Positions 41,218 to 51,463 are shown, numbered from the whole stretch's first letter. The stretch is DNA of 61,603 nucleotides, filler included, from Candidatus Delongbacteria bacterium (GCA_016937995.1; 6 parts of 6 records of this genome joined end to end with filler, not necessarily neighbours in it), one strand, 5' to 3'. Program-made: numbers and translations. The notes: generated from the sequence alone by a model not told the origin.

Positions 41218-41976
41218 CTAATGCATCTGTTCGTCATCAAAAGCAGGTTCTTTATAAACAAATTTGAAATAGATGAACAGGAATATGATTATCGCGATCA
41301 TGAACACAATCGAAGCCTGCCAGTTCTCTGCCAATACCTGTGCTCTACCTATAAATAATGCGATCCTTCCCATTACTGTAGCACCGAATGAAGCTCCGAA
41401 ATTTATCATTAGAATTATAATACCGATCCTTGCTGTTTTTCCAAAAAGTCCCTTATGAGGTTTTGAGAAGAAGAAATACAGAAGACCTGCAAATGTTCCA
41501 AAAATGATCACTATCCATTTTGTCACTTCGAAAAAAGAAGGTTGTTCAAAGATAGGATGCATCATATTGTCCGCCTGAATAAACAGAGACTGGACATTTA
41601 TTGGGATCTGGTAACCTGCAAAATATGCAAATACAAAAGCAAAGTAATAATTTGCCACCCAGGCTTTTGTTCTTGTAAATCTAAAAAATAAAGTTGATCC
41701 CATTGCCAGCCAGAATACCATAACAAGATCATATGCATTAAAATCAATTGCCGCATCTTTGATCGGTCTGATAAGATAAGGTACAACTGTTACGTACCAC
41801 AATTTAGTCCAGCCGTATCCTAAAGAAATACCAAGAAAAGTATTTTCCCCGAACTTGTACAATGGATTATCTCTATACAGGAATGAAAGTATCATAAGTG
41901 TAAATAGAACTGAAACCCATATCTGGATAGTAGGGTTCAATATTGTTGAGTCTATTAAATTATTGAATAATTCCAT
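41218..41976 (-). CDS. Uncharacterised polytopic membrane protein (operon gene 4)
   Basis: About 7 TM helices; TL.ILSFLYRDNPLYKF.E; LLYFFFS..H.G; FGASFG.TVMGR. Confidence 0.8.
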   Translation of the reverse strand: MELFNNLIDSTILNPTIQIWVSVLFTLMILSFLYRDNPLYKFGENTFLGISLGYGWTKLWYVTVVPYLIRPIKDAAIDFNAYDLVMVFWLAMGSTLFFRFTRTKAWVANYYFAFVFAYFAGYQIPINVQSLFIQADNMMHPIFEQPSFFEVTKWIVIIFGTFAGLLYFFFSKPHKGLFGKTARIGIIILMINFGASFGATVMGRIALFIGRAQVLAENWQASIVFMIAIIIFLFIYFKFVYKEPAFDDEQMH

Positions 41977-41992
41977 AATTTGTTCGCCTTGT

Positions 41993-42835
41993 TTAAATTT
42001 TCTTTACCTTCTTCTCAAATAGATAGATCAGATTACCGATCGCAATGAACATGAACATGACCAGATGTGATAATGTAAGTGATGCCATTCCGGCATTCGC
42101 TTTCCTGTTGAATTTTTTATCGGAACCTGCTTTTACTCTGATGTTCTCATATTCTGCGGCTCCCTTTAATCCGAATAACATACCCTGCAGCTGACCTGTT
42201 TGAAGAAACGGAATGTAATCCGGTCCGATAACAGCTGTAACACCCACCTGCATTTTAAAACCGAATCTTCGCTGTAATAAAATATAACTTTCAGGCCATG
42301 ATGAACCTGAGAAGCACATAACATATTTTATATCTGCAAAAGTATTCAACCCTTTAAATATTTTACCCTCTTTACCGAAAGTACCTTTAAAATCTGAATA
42401 CATCGAGAAAAGAAGCATGTCGGTCATTAGAGGTAAATATCCTAAGTTCTGATAATGGACACCTTCTTCTATATATTCGTATCCGGGTTCCTTCTGAAGT
42501 TTTGCCAAAGCATTTTCACCAAGGCTGATACCTGTCAAAAACGGGAAATATATGAATACTCTCAATTTTTTATCAAAGCACTGTTTTAATGTTTGTTCTG
42601 CCATAGGAAGTAATTCAGCCTGAGTAGTTGGATCAAAGGCCCAGTCGATAAAAACAGCATCCCCTTCCTTAAGTTCATTAATATTGTCATAGAAAGCAAT
42701 AGTTTCCTTTGTTTCAGAAAATTCCTGATTAAGAAATTCAAATCCGGGAAAGAACGGTAGAATACAAGACAGGAAAATAAGTAAATATATCCATCTCTTG
42801 TCTATCTTTTTTAACTTTTCAACTAATTTATCCAT
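41993..42835 (-). CDS. Uncharacterised membrane-anchored protein with a soluble alpha/beta domain (operon gene 3)
   Basis: N- and C-terminal TM helices; PFLQTGQLQGML.GLKGAAEYE. Confidence 0.8.
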   Translation of the reverse strand: MDKLVEKLKKIDKRWIYLLIFLSCILPFFPGFEFLNQEFSETKETIAFYDNINELKEGDAVFIDWAFDPTTQAELLPMAEQTLKQCFDKKLRVFIYFPFLTGISLGENALAKLQKEPGYEYIEEGVHYQNLGYLPLMTDMLLFSMYSDFKGTFGKEGKIFKGLNTFADIKYVMCFSGSSWPESYILLQRRFGFKMQVGVTAVIGPDYIPFLQTGQLQGMLFGLKGAAEYENIRVKAGSDKKFNRKANAGMASLTLSHLVMFMFIAIGNLIYLFEKKVKKI

Positions 42836-42858
42836 AATTTATATCCCTAATGAATTAT

Positions 42859-43473
42859 TTACTCTGATATATGAGATCTTTCAAGTCCGAAGGCTATTCT
42901 GATCATCATTGTTAATCCCCCAAGATATGCTCCGAAAAGAATTGCTCTTTTCCCGGCACTTGTAGGACCGTCCATTATCCACTCTCCGATAACGGGTATT
43001 TTACTCCACATTGCTTCACCTAAAGGTATCTTGCTTAACATTATAAAAATAGCTGCTACAAGCAAAAATGCTGATTCTATGGATTTTATTCTGAAGGATC
43101 TGTATGAGGCTGAAGCAACATAGAATGCCAATAATGAGAAAACAGTAGCATCAAGCGGCACAAAACCAAATGTGAACATCGCATCGAAAGGAGTTCCTGG
43201 ATTTACACCTCTTGTCACACCTAAAAGTATCATAAATCCGATCAAACTCAATTGATATACAGAAAACCACCTGTCATTATTATACTTGATCCTTTTGAAA
43301 TTAATTCTCAGTACACTGAAAGCTCCTACAAGAAGACCGACTATGGTAACTGTCTTGAATCCGTTAGTAAAGAACATTTTCCAGTTCTCGAAGAATGTCC
43401 CGGCCATGAAGAATTCCAAGTACCAGCCAATTGTGGCAAAAAATCCTATCAGTAACGGTATTTCTTTTTTCAT
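42859..43473 (-). CDS. Uncharacterised membrane protein (operon gene 2)
   Basis: About 6 TM helices; PL.ATVFSLLAFYVASASYRSFR; W.M..P..AGKRAI. Confidence 0.8.
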   Translation of the reverse strand: MKKEIPLLIGFFATIGWYLEFFMAGTFFENWKMFFTNGFKTVTIVGLLVGAFSVLRINFKRIKYNNDRWFSVYQLSLIGFMILLGVTRGVNPGTPFDAMFTFGFVPLDATVFSLLAFYVASASYRSFRIKSIESAFLLVAAIFIMLSKIPLGEAMWSKIPVIGEWIMDGPTSAGKRAILFGAYLGGLTMMIRIAFGLERSHISE

Positions 43474-43498
43474 AATGATATATCCTTAAGTTACTTTA

Positions 43499-45328
43499 TT
43501 ATCTGGTATTTACTAGATCCTGAAGGAATGTCCATTCAGAATTTATTGTTAGGAATATCGTTCCTATAATGAACAATATACCAATAGTTATTTTTGCATA
43601 GTCCGAAAGCTTGAGATTGGTTAAAATCTGAGCATCTCTGGAAATATATGCCGCAGCAGCATACAGCTCTTCTCCGATCAGTGTGTAATCACAAGCAGTT
43701 ATAAAGAATGGTAACTGACCCACTGATGTAGTACCTGCCACCTGTATAGCTCCTGCTGAAAATCCTGCTTCAGCAATTAGAAGGGATTCTGCAAGATAGA
43801 ATCCGAAATGCAATGCAGTTGCAGGTTTTTTTCTTGCAAGCAATCCTGCAATTCCAGCTGCAAATGCAAACTGGTCAGCTGCGAGATAAAAAACATTGTC
43901 CTTTTTATGGTCTTCAGGATAACCCGCATCCAAAAATCCTGATGCTACCATTTCTTCTGATATCTGCATTACTACAGGGTCACAAGTAGGAACATATATC
44001 TCAGCTTTGAATTCTGCAACTTTCTTAGCTACACTTTTCAGGATAAGCATACTGGCAATAGTATCAATATTTGAATAAGCACCAATACCTGAATCATAAA
44101 CTATAGGTCTTCCCATTTCAGTAGCTCTTCCTATTGCATCATCAATAGCATCTAATCCGGGTATTCTTCTTATGAACATAGAGTCCTTACTCCTCTTGAC
44201 CCTTCTGAATATGAATACGAATAACATCATGAATAAAATAGTTCCAACAAAAACATTAAGCCTGAAACTTCTGAAAAGAGGTTGGTATTCATACTGAATG
44301 TAAAATCCAAATTTACCTACTAGACCGCTGTAAAATTTATATTTGATAAGATCATTGAAATTTTGCTCAAAGGAATCATTGGAATCCTTTATTGATAGAA
44401 GGAATTCATCAGATATATCAAAATTTTTAATATTTCTTTCTACTTTCAGTGAATCTAAATATTCTGTAACTATTTTACTGATCCTTCTTGATTCATAATC
44501 CAAAAGATCGAACATGGTAGCTCTTTTTTCCTCTAACCAATATTCTTTTGAAGAGATCAGCTCATTTCTTTTTTTATCTATAAGTTCGGATCTCTTTTCT
44601 TCTATATATCTGTTCAATTTATCAACAAAGAATTTGTCTAATTTTGATTTTTCATCCTGAGATGACAGTTGCATTCTTTTATACTGCAGCAGCATCATGT
44701 CATTATTGTATTGTTCATCATCCAACAGATCATCTATGACCTTCAGGTCACTGATATTTTTTAGAGAATCAAGTTGAAGTTCATTTTTACGCATTTCATC
44801 CAGAAGTTCTTGGATATAGACTTCCTGATCTTTGAGCAGTTTGTCTGAATTGGCTCTGGAATGATCACCAAGTTTTTTTGCTATTAATTTTAAGTTTGAG
44901 GAAATATCTTCATCTATATAACCCCAGTAAAAATCTTTTTCTGCTGAATATCTTGATATTTCTTCATAAACAGATTCTTTTAAGCCTTTATAAGCTACAA
45001 AAGTCCTTCTTTCGTAATCAGTTAATTTCTCACCTGACTTTTCCTTAACGAACAACTCTTTTGTAAATTCCGGAAAATCATCATAAAAATCGGTTACAAA
45101 TTCTTTGATCCTTGGATACAATATCTTATAATTTTCACTACTGTCCCAGTTGTCATAGATTTTCATGATCTCTTCAGCAGCTTCCTTACATAACATTTGT
45201 TCTTCTGAAAGTTCCGAAGGTTTTTCAGAGGATGTTATTTCAGATGTATTTCCGGTTGAGGTCTCTTCCTGAGCTGACATGGTTATTGTGAATAAAAAGA
45301 TCAGGATAATTAGGTAAAATTTTTTCAT
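43499..45328 (-). CDS. Membrane protein with a helical extracytoplasmic region and a C-terminal DUF6754-like domain (operon gene 1)
   Basis: Signal peptide; IRRIPGLDAIDDAIGRATEMGRP; AESLLIAEAG...GAIQVAGT...QLPFFITACDYTLIGEELYAA.AY. Confidence 0.8.
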   Translation of the reverse strand: MKKFYLIILIFLFTITMSAQEETSTGNTSEITSSEKPSELSEEQMLCKEAAEEIMKIYDNWDSSENYKILYPRIKEFVTDFYDDFPEFTKELFVKEKSGEKLTDYERRTFVAYKGLKESVYEEISRYSAEKDFYWGYIDEDISSNLKLIAKKLGDHSRANSDKLLKDQEVYIQELLDEMRKNELQLDSLKNISDLKVIDDLLDDEQYNNDMMLLQYKRMQLSSQDEKSKLDKFFVDKLNRYIEEKRSELIDKKRNELISSKEYWLEEKRATMFDLLDYESRRISKIVTEYLDSLKVERNIKNFDISDEFLLSIKDSNDSFEQNFNDLIKYKFYSGLVGKFGFYIQYEYQPLFRSFRLNVFVGTILFMMLFVFIFRRVKRSKDSMFIRRIPGLDAIDDAIGRATEMGRPIVYDSGIGAYSNIDTIASMLILKSVAKKVAEFKAEIYVPTCDPVVMQISEEMVASGFLDAGYPEDHKKDNVFYLAADQFAFAAGIAGLLARKKPATALHFGFYLAESLLIAEAGFSAGAIQVAGTTSVGQLPFFITACDYTLIGEELYAAAAYISRDAQILTNLKLSDYAKITIGILFIIGTIFLTINSEWTFLQDLVNTR

Positions 45329-45514
45329 GCTTATTCCCTATTATTGAATACCAATACCTACTTTATAATCAAGCGAAAGATAAATGCTATTATTCCTATT
45401 AACAAGGGTAAAATTAAAAATATAAACAAAATCTAATTCTGTCATTAATCCGACCCTGAATAAAGATAAATAAATTACTCAAAATAAATATGATAAAACC
45501 GATAAAACGCTGAT

Positions 45515-46291
45515 CTACACGGCTGAAAGATCAATAAAACCCTCAAATACCAATTCCGCTGGTCCACATAAAAATACAGATCCGTCTTTTTTCTGAACTG
45601 TCATTTCATATCCTAAAACAGTCCTGATAATCTTTTTATCATCTCCGGATAGTCTCATATCGATCAATCCCGCAGCAGTAATGCCTGTTCCACATGCTTT
45701 TGTCTCAGCTTCGACACCCCTTTCATAGGTCCTGATAAGCAATGTATTGTTACTTGATCTTTGAACGAAATTCGCATTTGTTCCATTGGGGAATTTTCTG
45801 TTATTTCTTATCTGAGAACCGAATTTATGAACATCAACAGCATCAATATTATCATAAAAACCTACAACATGCTCTACGCCTGTATTTATATAGTAAAAAT
45901 TATTGTCAATGCCTTCAAACAATAATCCTTCCTCATAATCTTTTTCTGCCGCCATTTTTATCATGATGTCACCGCTTTCAAGTATCGATCCTTCGTGAAC
46001 TCCATCATCAGCTACAAAAGTACAATGAGTGCTTTTAAAATACATTAAGACACTTGCAAGAAGAACAGCACATCTTCCTCCATTTGCACAGAAATCAGCT
46101 TTACTGCCATCAGCATTGAAATATTTCATTTTAAAATCAGAGTCCGGAACTTTTTTTATAAAAATAACTCCATCAGCACCTATACCAAGATTCCTGTCAC
46201 AGATCTTTTTTAGTCCGCTACTGGAAATTTCGGGATCACCTTCAAAGAAGATAAAATCGTTCCCTGCTCCATGCATTTTATAAAATTTCAT
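45515..46291 (-). CDS. dapF: Diaminopimelate epimerase
   Basis: FYKMHGAGNDF, GIGADG, FCANGGRC and RTYERGVEAETKACGTG. Confidence 0.95.
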   Translation of the reverse strand: MKFYKMHGAGNDFIFFEGDPEISSSGLKKICDRNLGIGADGVIFIKKVPDSDFKMKYFNADGSKADFCANGGRCAVLLASVLMYFKSTHCTFVADDGVHEGSILESGDIMIKMAAEKDYEEGLLFEGIDNNFYYINTGVEHVVGFYDNIDAVDVHKFGSQIRNNRKFPNGTNANFVQRSSNNTLLIRTYERGVEAETKACGTGITAAGLIDMRLSGDDKKIIRTVLGYEMTVQKKDGSVFLCGPAELVFEGFIDLSAV

Positions 46292-46306
46292 TTCTCCTCG
46301 TATAAT

Positions 46307-46329
46307 AAAAAAGCCGCAAAATGCGGCTT
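46307..46329 (-). terminator. Intrinsic terminator after iorB
   Basis: AAGCCGCA/TGCGGCTT hairpin followed by a U tract on the minus strand. Confidence 0.6.
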
Positions 46330-46336
46330 CTTCAAA

Positions 46337-46921
46337 CTATTTATTAAATTTTTCAGCGAAAGCTTTTCCGGCTTCCAGAGCTTTAACATTCAAGTTGACC
46401 ATCTCTTCACCTTTGCGACCGAAAATAAATTTTATACCTTCAATAAGCTTATCAAATTCAATACCAAGGAATGAGGATGCAGCACCTATCATTACCATGT
46501 TCATTGATCTTGGCGATCCAATCTCTTTAGCAATATCATCGGCATTGATAAGAATGTGATTATCTAATTTTTTTATCTGCTTGTATACATCTTCTGTCTC
46601 AGGGTAATTAACGATATTGTTAAAAGGTTTATCATTAGTTATGACCCATCCGTTTTTGGATAAGTAAGGTAAATATCTTAGCGATTCCATAGGTTCTACA
46701 GAGAGGATCATATCAGCTCCACCGAAAGGTATCAGGTCTGAAAATATCTCTTTGTCAGATATTCTGAAATGAGATTGTACATCTCCACCTCTCTGGCTCA
46801 TTCCGTGAACTTCAGCCTGCTTCAGGTATAATCCGGAATCAACAGCAGCATATCCGATCACAGTTGCAATAGATAAAATACCCTGTCCGCCAACACCGCA
46901 TAGAATTATATCTTTTTTCAT
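46337..46921 (-). CDS. iorB: Indolepyruvate:ferredoxin oxidoreductase beta subunit
   Basis: GVGGQGIL, EVHGMSQRGG.V.SH.R and NMVMIGA. Confidence 0.93.
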   Translation of the reverse strand: MKKDIILCGVGGQGILSIATVIGYAAVDSGLYLKQAEVHGMSQRGGDVQSHFRISDKEIFSDLIPFGGADMILSVEPMESLRYLPYLSKNGWVITNDKPFNNIVNYPETEDVYKQIKKLDNHILINADDIAKEIGSPRSMNMVMIGAASSFLGIEFDKLIEGIKFIFGRKGEEMVNLNVKALEAGKAFAEKFNK

Positions 46922-46931
46922 TTGCAACTCC

Positions 46932-48524
46932 CTATTTCTTTTTAAGTTTTCTTTTTAAAGTCTGCATACATTCTCTTGTAGGTATTATAACAGAAACACC
47001 ATTATAAGCGATCTCTTTTCTGATCAATTCAACAAGAGCCTCATGGTTTTGCTTGATCGGATTGACCCTTGTTATGTGGTCTTTCTCAACACCAAGACCC
47101 TCACATATACTTACAAGTCTGTCCAATGCATGAGAATCCTGCCCGCCTGTCATTCCGGTTGTTGAATTATCAAGTATCATCACAACAATATTCGTACCTT
47201 CGATCACAGCATCTAGAAGTCCTGTCATTCCTGAGTGAGTGAACGTTGAATCTCCTATTGTTGCAATTACAGGGAATAAACCTGAATCAGCAGCTCCTTT
47301 CGCCATTGTGATAGAAGCTCCCATATCAACACAGGAATTAATTGACTGGAAAGGAGGTAAAGCTGCAAGTGTATAGCATCCAATGTCAGAAAGAACATGA
47401 CCGTCACCATAATCAGCCATTACTTCCTTTATAGCGTTATAGGCATCAATGTGACCACAACCTTTACAAAACTGAGGAGGTCTGCCTTTAACCTCTTCAG
47501 GGATCAGGTTCATTTCCACTTTTTCGCCGTTAATTGCCTGTAGAACTAGATTTGGGTTCAATTCACCATCTCTCGGTAAAGTCCCATCAAGTCTTCCACG
47601 TATGTTAAGACAATCTCCTAAATATCCTTTCAACATCTCCTCTATCATAGGAGCTCCTTCTTCAAGAACGAGTATTTCTTTGCATTCAGAAGTTATCTTT
47701 TCAACCATTTTTCTAGGTAGAGGATACTGGCTCACTTTGAGTACAGGGAAAGGACAGGTTGAATCTGTATAATTTTCCATAAGATAATTATAGGCTATAC
47801 CGCAAGCTATAATACCTTTACTTTTATCGGAACCCCCGATAAATTTATTGAATGGAGAATTTTCACTTTCAGTTTCGAATTTTACCTGATTATCCAAAAG
47901 CATTTTGTACCTTCTTCTCGCTATTGCAGGAAGAAGAACGAACTGTCTTTTGTCTTCAGGCAGTTTTAATTCATTCTCAGCTATCATATCTTTTGTAGCG
48001 ACACCACTTCTAGAGTGAGATAATCTTGTTGTCAATCTCATCATAATCGGGATCTGATACTTTTCTGATATTTCAAAAGCATGAAATGTCATATCATAAC
48101 ATTCCTGTTGATTAGACGGTTCAAAAATCGGGATCATCGCAAATTTACCGTAGATCCTGCTGTCCTGCTCATTTTGAGAAGAATGCATGGAAGGATCATC
48201 CGCGACAGTTACTATTGTACCACCATTAGCACCTGTTATCGCAGAGTTCATAAAACAATCCGCAGCAACATTCAATCCTACGTGCTTCATTGTACACATT
48301 GATCTCTTTCCTGCATAAGACATTCCTAGAGCAGCTTCTGCAGCTGTTTTTTCGTTTGCAGACCATTTTCTGTGGATATTTCTTTCTTGTGCTGTTTTAG
48401 ACCTTTGAACATATTCAATGATCTCTGTTGAAGGAGTTCCCGGATAACCGTAGATACCGGACATTCCAGCGTCTATTGCACCCTGAGCTATTGCTTCATC
48501 TCCAAGTAAAAGTAATTTCTCCAT
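46932..48524 (-). CDS. iorA: Indolepyruvate:ferredoxin oxidoreductase alpha subunit
   Basis: GYPGTPSTE, MKHVGLNVAAD, DDPSMHSSQNEQDSR, RPPQFCKGC and GDSTFTHSG. Confidence 0.95.
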   Translation of the reverse strand: MEKLLLLGDEAIAQGAIDAGMSGIYGYPGTPSTEIIEYVQRSKTAQERNIHRKWSANEKTAAEAALGMSYAGKRSMCTMKHVGLNVAADCFMNSAITGANGGTIVTVADDPSMHSSQNEQDSRIYGKFAMIPIFEPSNQQECYDMTFHAFEISEKYQIPIMMRLTTRLSHSRSGVATKDMIAENELKLPEDKRQFVLLPAIARRRYKMLLDNQVKFETESENSPFNKFIGGSDKSKGIIACGIAYNYLMENYTDSTCPFPVLKVSQYPLPRKMVEKITSECKEILVLEEGAPMIEEMLKGYLGDCLNIRGRLDGTLPRDGELNPNLVLQAINGEKVEMNLIPEEVKGRPPQFCKGCGHIDAYNAIKEVMADYGDGHVLSDIGCYTLAALPPFQSINSCVDMGASITMAKGAADSGLFPVIATIGDSTFTHSGMTGLLDAVIEGTNIVVMILDNSTTGMTGGQDSHALDRLVSICEGLGVEKDHITRVNPIKQNHEALVELIRKEIAYNGVSVIIPTRECMQTLKRKLKKK

Positions 48525-48617
48525 AGATTTCCTTTTATTTATATGATTTCATTAATTTTAAGACACTCAATCTATATTTTTTTATACGATTTTGCAAGGT
48601 AATTTTTTAGAAAAAGA

Positions 48618-48659
48618 GTTGTGGGTTGTGAGTTGTGAGTTGTGGGTTGTGAGTTGTGA
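48618..48659 (+). repeat. GTTGTG(A/G) heptamer tandem repeat (six units)
   Basis: GTTGTGG GTTGTGA GTTGTGA GTTGTGG GTTGTGA GTTGTGA. Confidence 0.8.
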
Positions 48660-48888
48660 ATTTCTACTTTCTGACTTAAATTTCCACTTGCAGAAGTCAA
48701 TAATTTTCACTACGATGTAGTGATAAAAAAATAATAAATGATGACACAGGAGAAAAAAACGACATATGGCGTATTTTCAGACGTTAGGGGCAATTAATGA
48801 TTGTTAACCGGTGTTTTTTATAAGATTTGGAGATGTGATTTAAAATATAAGCAATTCAGCAATTTAGAGGATATTTCAATACTTTTGA

Positions 48889-49194
48889 TTAAATCCTGAT
48901 CCCTGTCCGAATAATTTCTTCCAGGAAAGGATTATGTTGTTCAACATCACTTTTTTCAAACGGGTGAGGTTCGATTCTTAGGTCAATTTTTCTGACAAGT
49001 TTCATAAGTTCAACTCTTGTATCAAACCTGTCTTCCATTTTATCGAATACCAGTGCAACATCAATATCACTGTCTTCATTAAAGGTTCCTTTTGCGTAGG
49101 AACCAAAAAGATAAGCATTTATTATTTTATACTTCCTAATCCCAAGAATATCGATATATCTTTTTATTATTTCTGTAATAGTTGTTTCAACCAT
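48889..49194 (-). CDS. Minimal nucleotidyltransferase (MNT) antitoxin
   Basis: AYLFGSYAKG...EDSDIDVALV. Confidence 0.9.
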   Translation of the reverse strand: MVETTITEIIKRYIDILGIRKYKIINAYLFGSYAKGTFNEDSDIDVALVFDKMEDRFDTRVELMKLVRKIDLRIEPHPFEKSDVEQHNPFLEEIIRTGIRI

Positions 49195-49559
49195 AATTTA
49201 TTCTCTTTTATTTTCTTATTCCATATATTCGTGTAATTTGAAGTACATTTTTTATAAAATTCAGCCTTATAATCTTCATAACGGGCTTCGATATTGAATG
49301 AAGTAATAACTGTCAGGTCATCCATTTGAGTTTCGGTAAGTTTCAGTTCAGCTTTGTCAGCAATTCTAAGTAAATTATGAATGTAAGGTGGTTGTTCGTT
49401 TTTAATTTTTATATAATAAGCTTTTAATAATTTCTCAATAACCAGATGTCCCACAAATAATGACCAACTGTAATCCTTTTTCTCAAATAAGTGTTCGATT
49501 GCGATATAATCCTGCTCGGCAGACTCGATCCAGTGATTTATCATATCTTTTTGTTCCAT
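49167..49559 (-). CDS. HEPN-domain protein (HEPN/MNT toxin-antitoxin pair)
   Basis: W...A..D....; Y.WSLF.GHL.IEKLLKA; HNL; FNIEARY. Overlaps the MNT start. Confidence 0.88.
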   Translation of the reverse strand: MEQKDMINHWIESAEQDYIAIEHLFEKKDYSWSLFVGHLVIEKLLKAYYIKIKNEQPPYIHNLLRIADKAELKLTETQMDDLTVITSFNIEARYEDYKAEFYKKCTSNYTNIWNKKIKENKLWLKQLLQK

Positions 49560-49628
49560 AAAAAAACCTTTTCTATATTTACTTATCTGTAATATACTAT
49601 ATTATCTTAATCAAATCAATAATATCAT

Positions 49629-50717
49629 TCACACGCAGAATGTAAATTCATAATTCTTATCCTGATGCATAAACTTGATTTTGTCTAAAATGCCATTAAT
49701 CAGTCGAACATACTTTCCTTTTCCAATAAATCCAAGCCATGAATTTAACGACATTAGTATCGATTCAAATTGTATTTTACCGTCTTTCAAATATCTGCTG
49801 TACTTTCTCATTTTGATTATGAATCTTTTCAGGTTACTCCTCAATATTTTGATTCTGCCTTTGTAAAGATGAAAACCAAGATATGACAGTCCGTTCTTCA
49901 AATTAATTAACATTGATTTATTTCTGTTAAGTTTCAAACGGTTTGATCCCAAATATTTTTCGATTTCATTGAATGCATCTGCAAGCTCCAATTTGCTGTC
50001 TGTAAATATAATTATGTCATCCATATACCTGACAAATGATTTGATTCTTAATTTTTCACATATCAGCCTGTCAATCTGATTCAGATAAAAATTCGCGAAA
50101 AGCTGGCTTGTCAAGTTACCTATCGGTAAACCTTTACACCTTGCATAATCAAACAAAGTATCGTCTTCAAATCCCATATAATATTCCTGACCGGTATCGT
50201 GTGTTTCAAGAAGTAATTTTATGAGTGAAAGCAGTTTTTTATCAGATATCTTCTTTCTTAATTTCTTAAGCAAATTTTCATGATCTATTGAGAAGAAATA
50301 CTTTTTTACATCCAACTTGAGAACATATTTATATTTTCTGACATACTCAACTGCTTTTGAGATAGCTCTGTGTGAACCTTTATTGTATCGGCAGGCATAA
50401 GTCTGATGCATTAGCGTTTTATCTATCATAGGCTCAAGAAAATTGCATATTGCGTGATGAACCACTCTGTCTTTGAATGGTGCTGCCGATATTTTTCTTT
50501 CCTTTGGATCAGTTACGACAAATTCATTATACCCGCTGAATCTAAAAGTTCCGTTCTTAAGTTCTTGCTGAATCTTAAACAAGTTACTTTCAAGATCGTA
50601 TTCAAATTCGCTTACTTCCTTTTTATTTCTCTTACCTTTTCTTGCTTTTCTGTAAGCTGAATACAAATTATCGAACTCATAAATTTTATTGTAAATGTTT
50701 TTATATTTAATCCCCAA
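49629..50717 (-). CDS. DGR-type reverse transcriptase
   Basis: AYRKARKGKR, PKERKI.A.PFKDRVVHHA, GLPIGNLTSQLFAN (DGR 'SQ' signature) and RYMDD; 362 aa with no intron maturase/endonuclease tail. Confidence 0.93.
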   Translation of the reverse strand: MGIKYKNIYNKIYEFDNLYSAYRKARKGKRNKKEVSEFEYDLESNLFKIQQELKNGTFRFSGYNEFVVTDPKERKISAAPFKDRVVHHAICNFLEPMIDKTLMHQTYACRYNKGSHRAISKAVEYVRKYKYVLKLDVKKYFFSIDHENLLKKLRKKISDKKLLSLIKLLLETHDTGQEYYMGFEDDTLFDYARCKGLPIGNLTSQLFANFYLNQIDRLICEKLRIKSFVRYMDDIIIFTDSKLELADAFNEIEKYLGSNRLKLNRNKSMLINLKNGLSYLGFHLYKGRIKILRSNLKRFIIKMRKYSRYLKDGKIQFESILMSLNSWLGFIGKGKYVRLINGILDKIKFMHQDKNYEFTFCV

Positions 50718-51051
50718 CTTTCAGCCAGCCTCCGGTCATTTTTCCTATTTCATCAATTTCTTTTGAAGCATATTCGTAAGCCTTTATAGTTAAGCATTGA
50801 GTATCTTTTGAAAGCCTGATGAGAAATCTTAATTTCTCTAGAGAGAGATTCACATTTTTTAAAAACTGCTTTTTTGACCTGCCGTATTTAGCTTCAATTA
50901 TATTTTCAAGTATATCAAGCATCAGAGTAAAAATCCTGTCTCCGAGGTTGTATTTGTATTTTTTGGGATATTTAGCGAATTTATCCGAATACCAGAGCAT
51001 CAAGTCATACAGCTTCGGCAGGATCGTTATTTCATTATTCATTTTTTCCAT
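50707..51051 (-). CDS. avd: DGR accessory variability determinant Avd (four-helix bundle)
   Basis: Basic 114-aa protein: K.YDL..W......YPK..KY.LG.RI...L....LEKLRFLIRL..D...Y......EIGKM.GGW. Overlaps the RT start. Confidence 0.9.
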   Translation of the reverse strand: MEKMNNEITILPKLYDLMLWYSDKFAKYPKKYKYNLGDRIFTLMLDILENIIEAKYGRSKKQFLKNVNLSLEKLRFLIRLSKDTQCLTIKAYEYASKEIDEIGKMTGGWLKVGD

Positions 51052-51349
51052 TCAATTTATCCGGTTTTGGGGTAATTACAGATTATTTAAAAACGAGCAG
51101 ATCAAGGAGAATTTAGGATTTCAAAATGGAGCTTAGTTTAACCTAAGTGACATTGCAGAAATTGAAATTCAACGCAGATATCCGAAGTTTTTAATAATCT
51201 GGAGCGGCACCTTTCTCAACGAAAAAAATACTCAGAACCGCTCCCCTGTTACAATATTCGCCCTTTTACAGGCAGGATACGACCTGGACTATTTTGCTCT
51301 CTTTTATTTCTGTGCTGCATGAAATAAAACTCCCGCTTATGCATAGTAT

Positions 51350-51463
51350 TGCAATACGAAACCCGTTGTTGTTGTTCTTGTTGTCTGGGTTGTTGTTGTT
51401 GCGGTTTGAAACTTTGCAGTTGTTGTCGTTGTTGTTCCACGACCCGCCACGAACAACACGGTT
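51350..51463 (-). repeat. DGR template repeat (TR) for an FGE-sulfatase/CLec-type target
   Basis: Minus strand translates to NRVVRGGSWNNNDNNCKVSNRNNNNPDNKNNNNGFRIA with 16 AAC codons; in-frame TAA two codons upstream (51467-51469). Confidence 0.92.

Noticed and set aside
49629-50717. RT as a group II intron, retron or Abi RT
   Set aside because: The SQ motif, short length, adjacent avd and TR identify it as a DGR RT.
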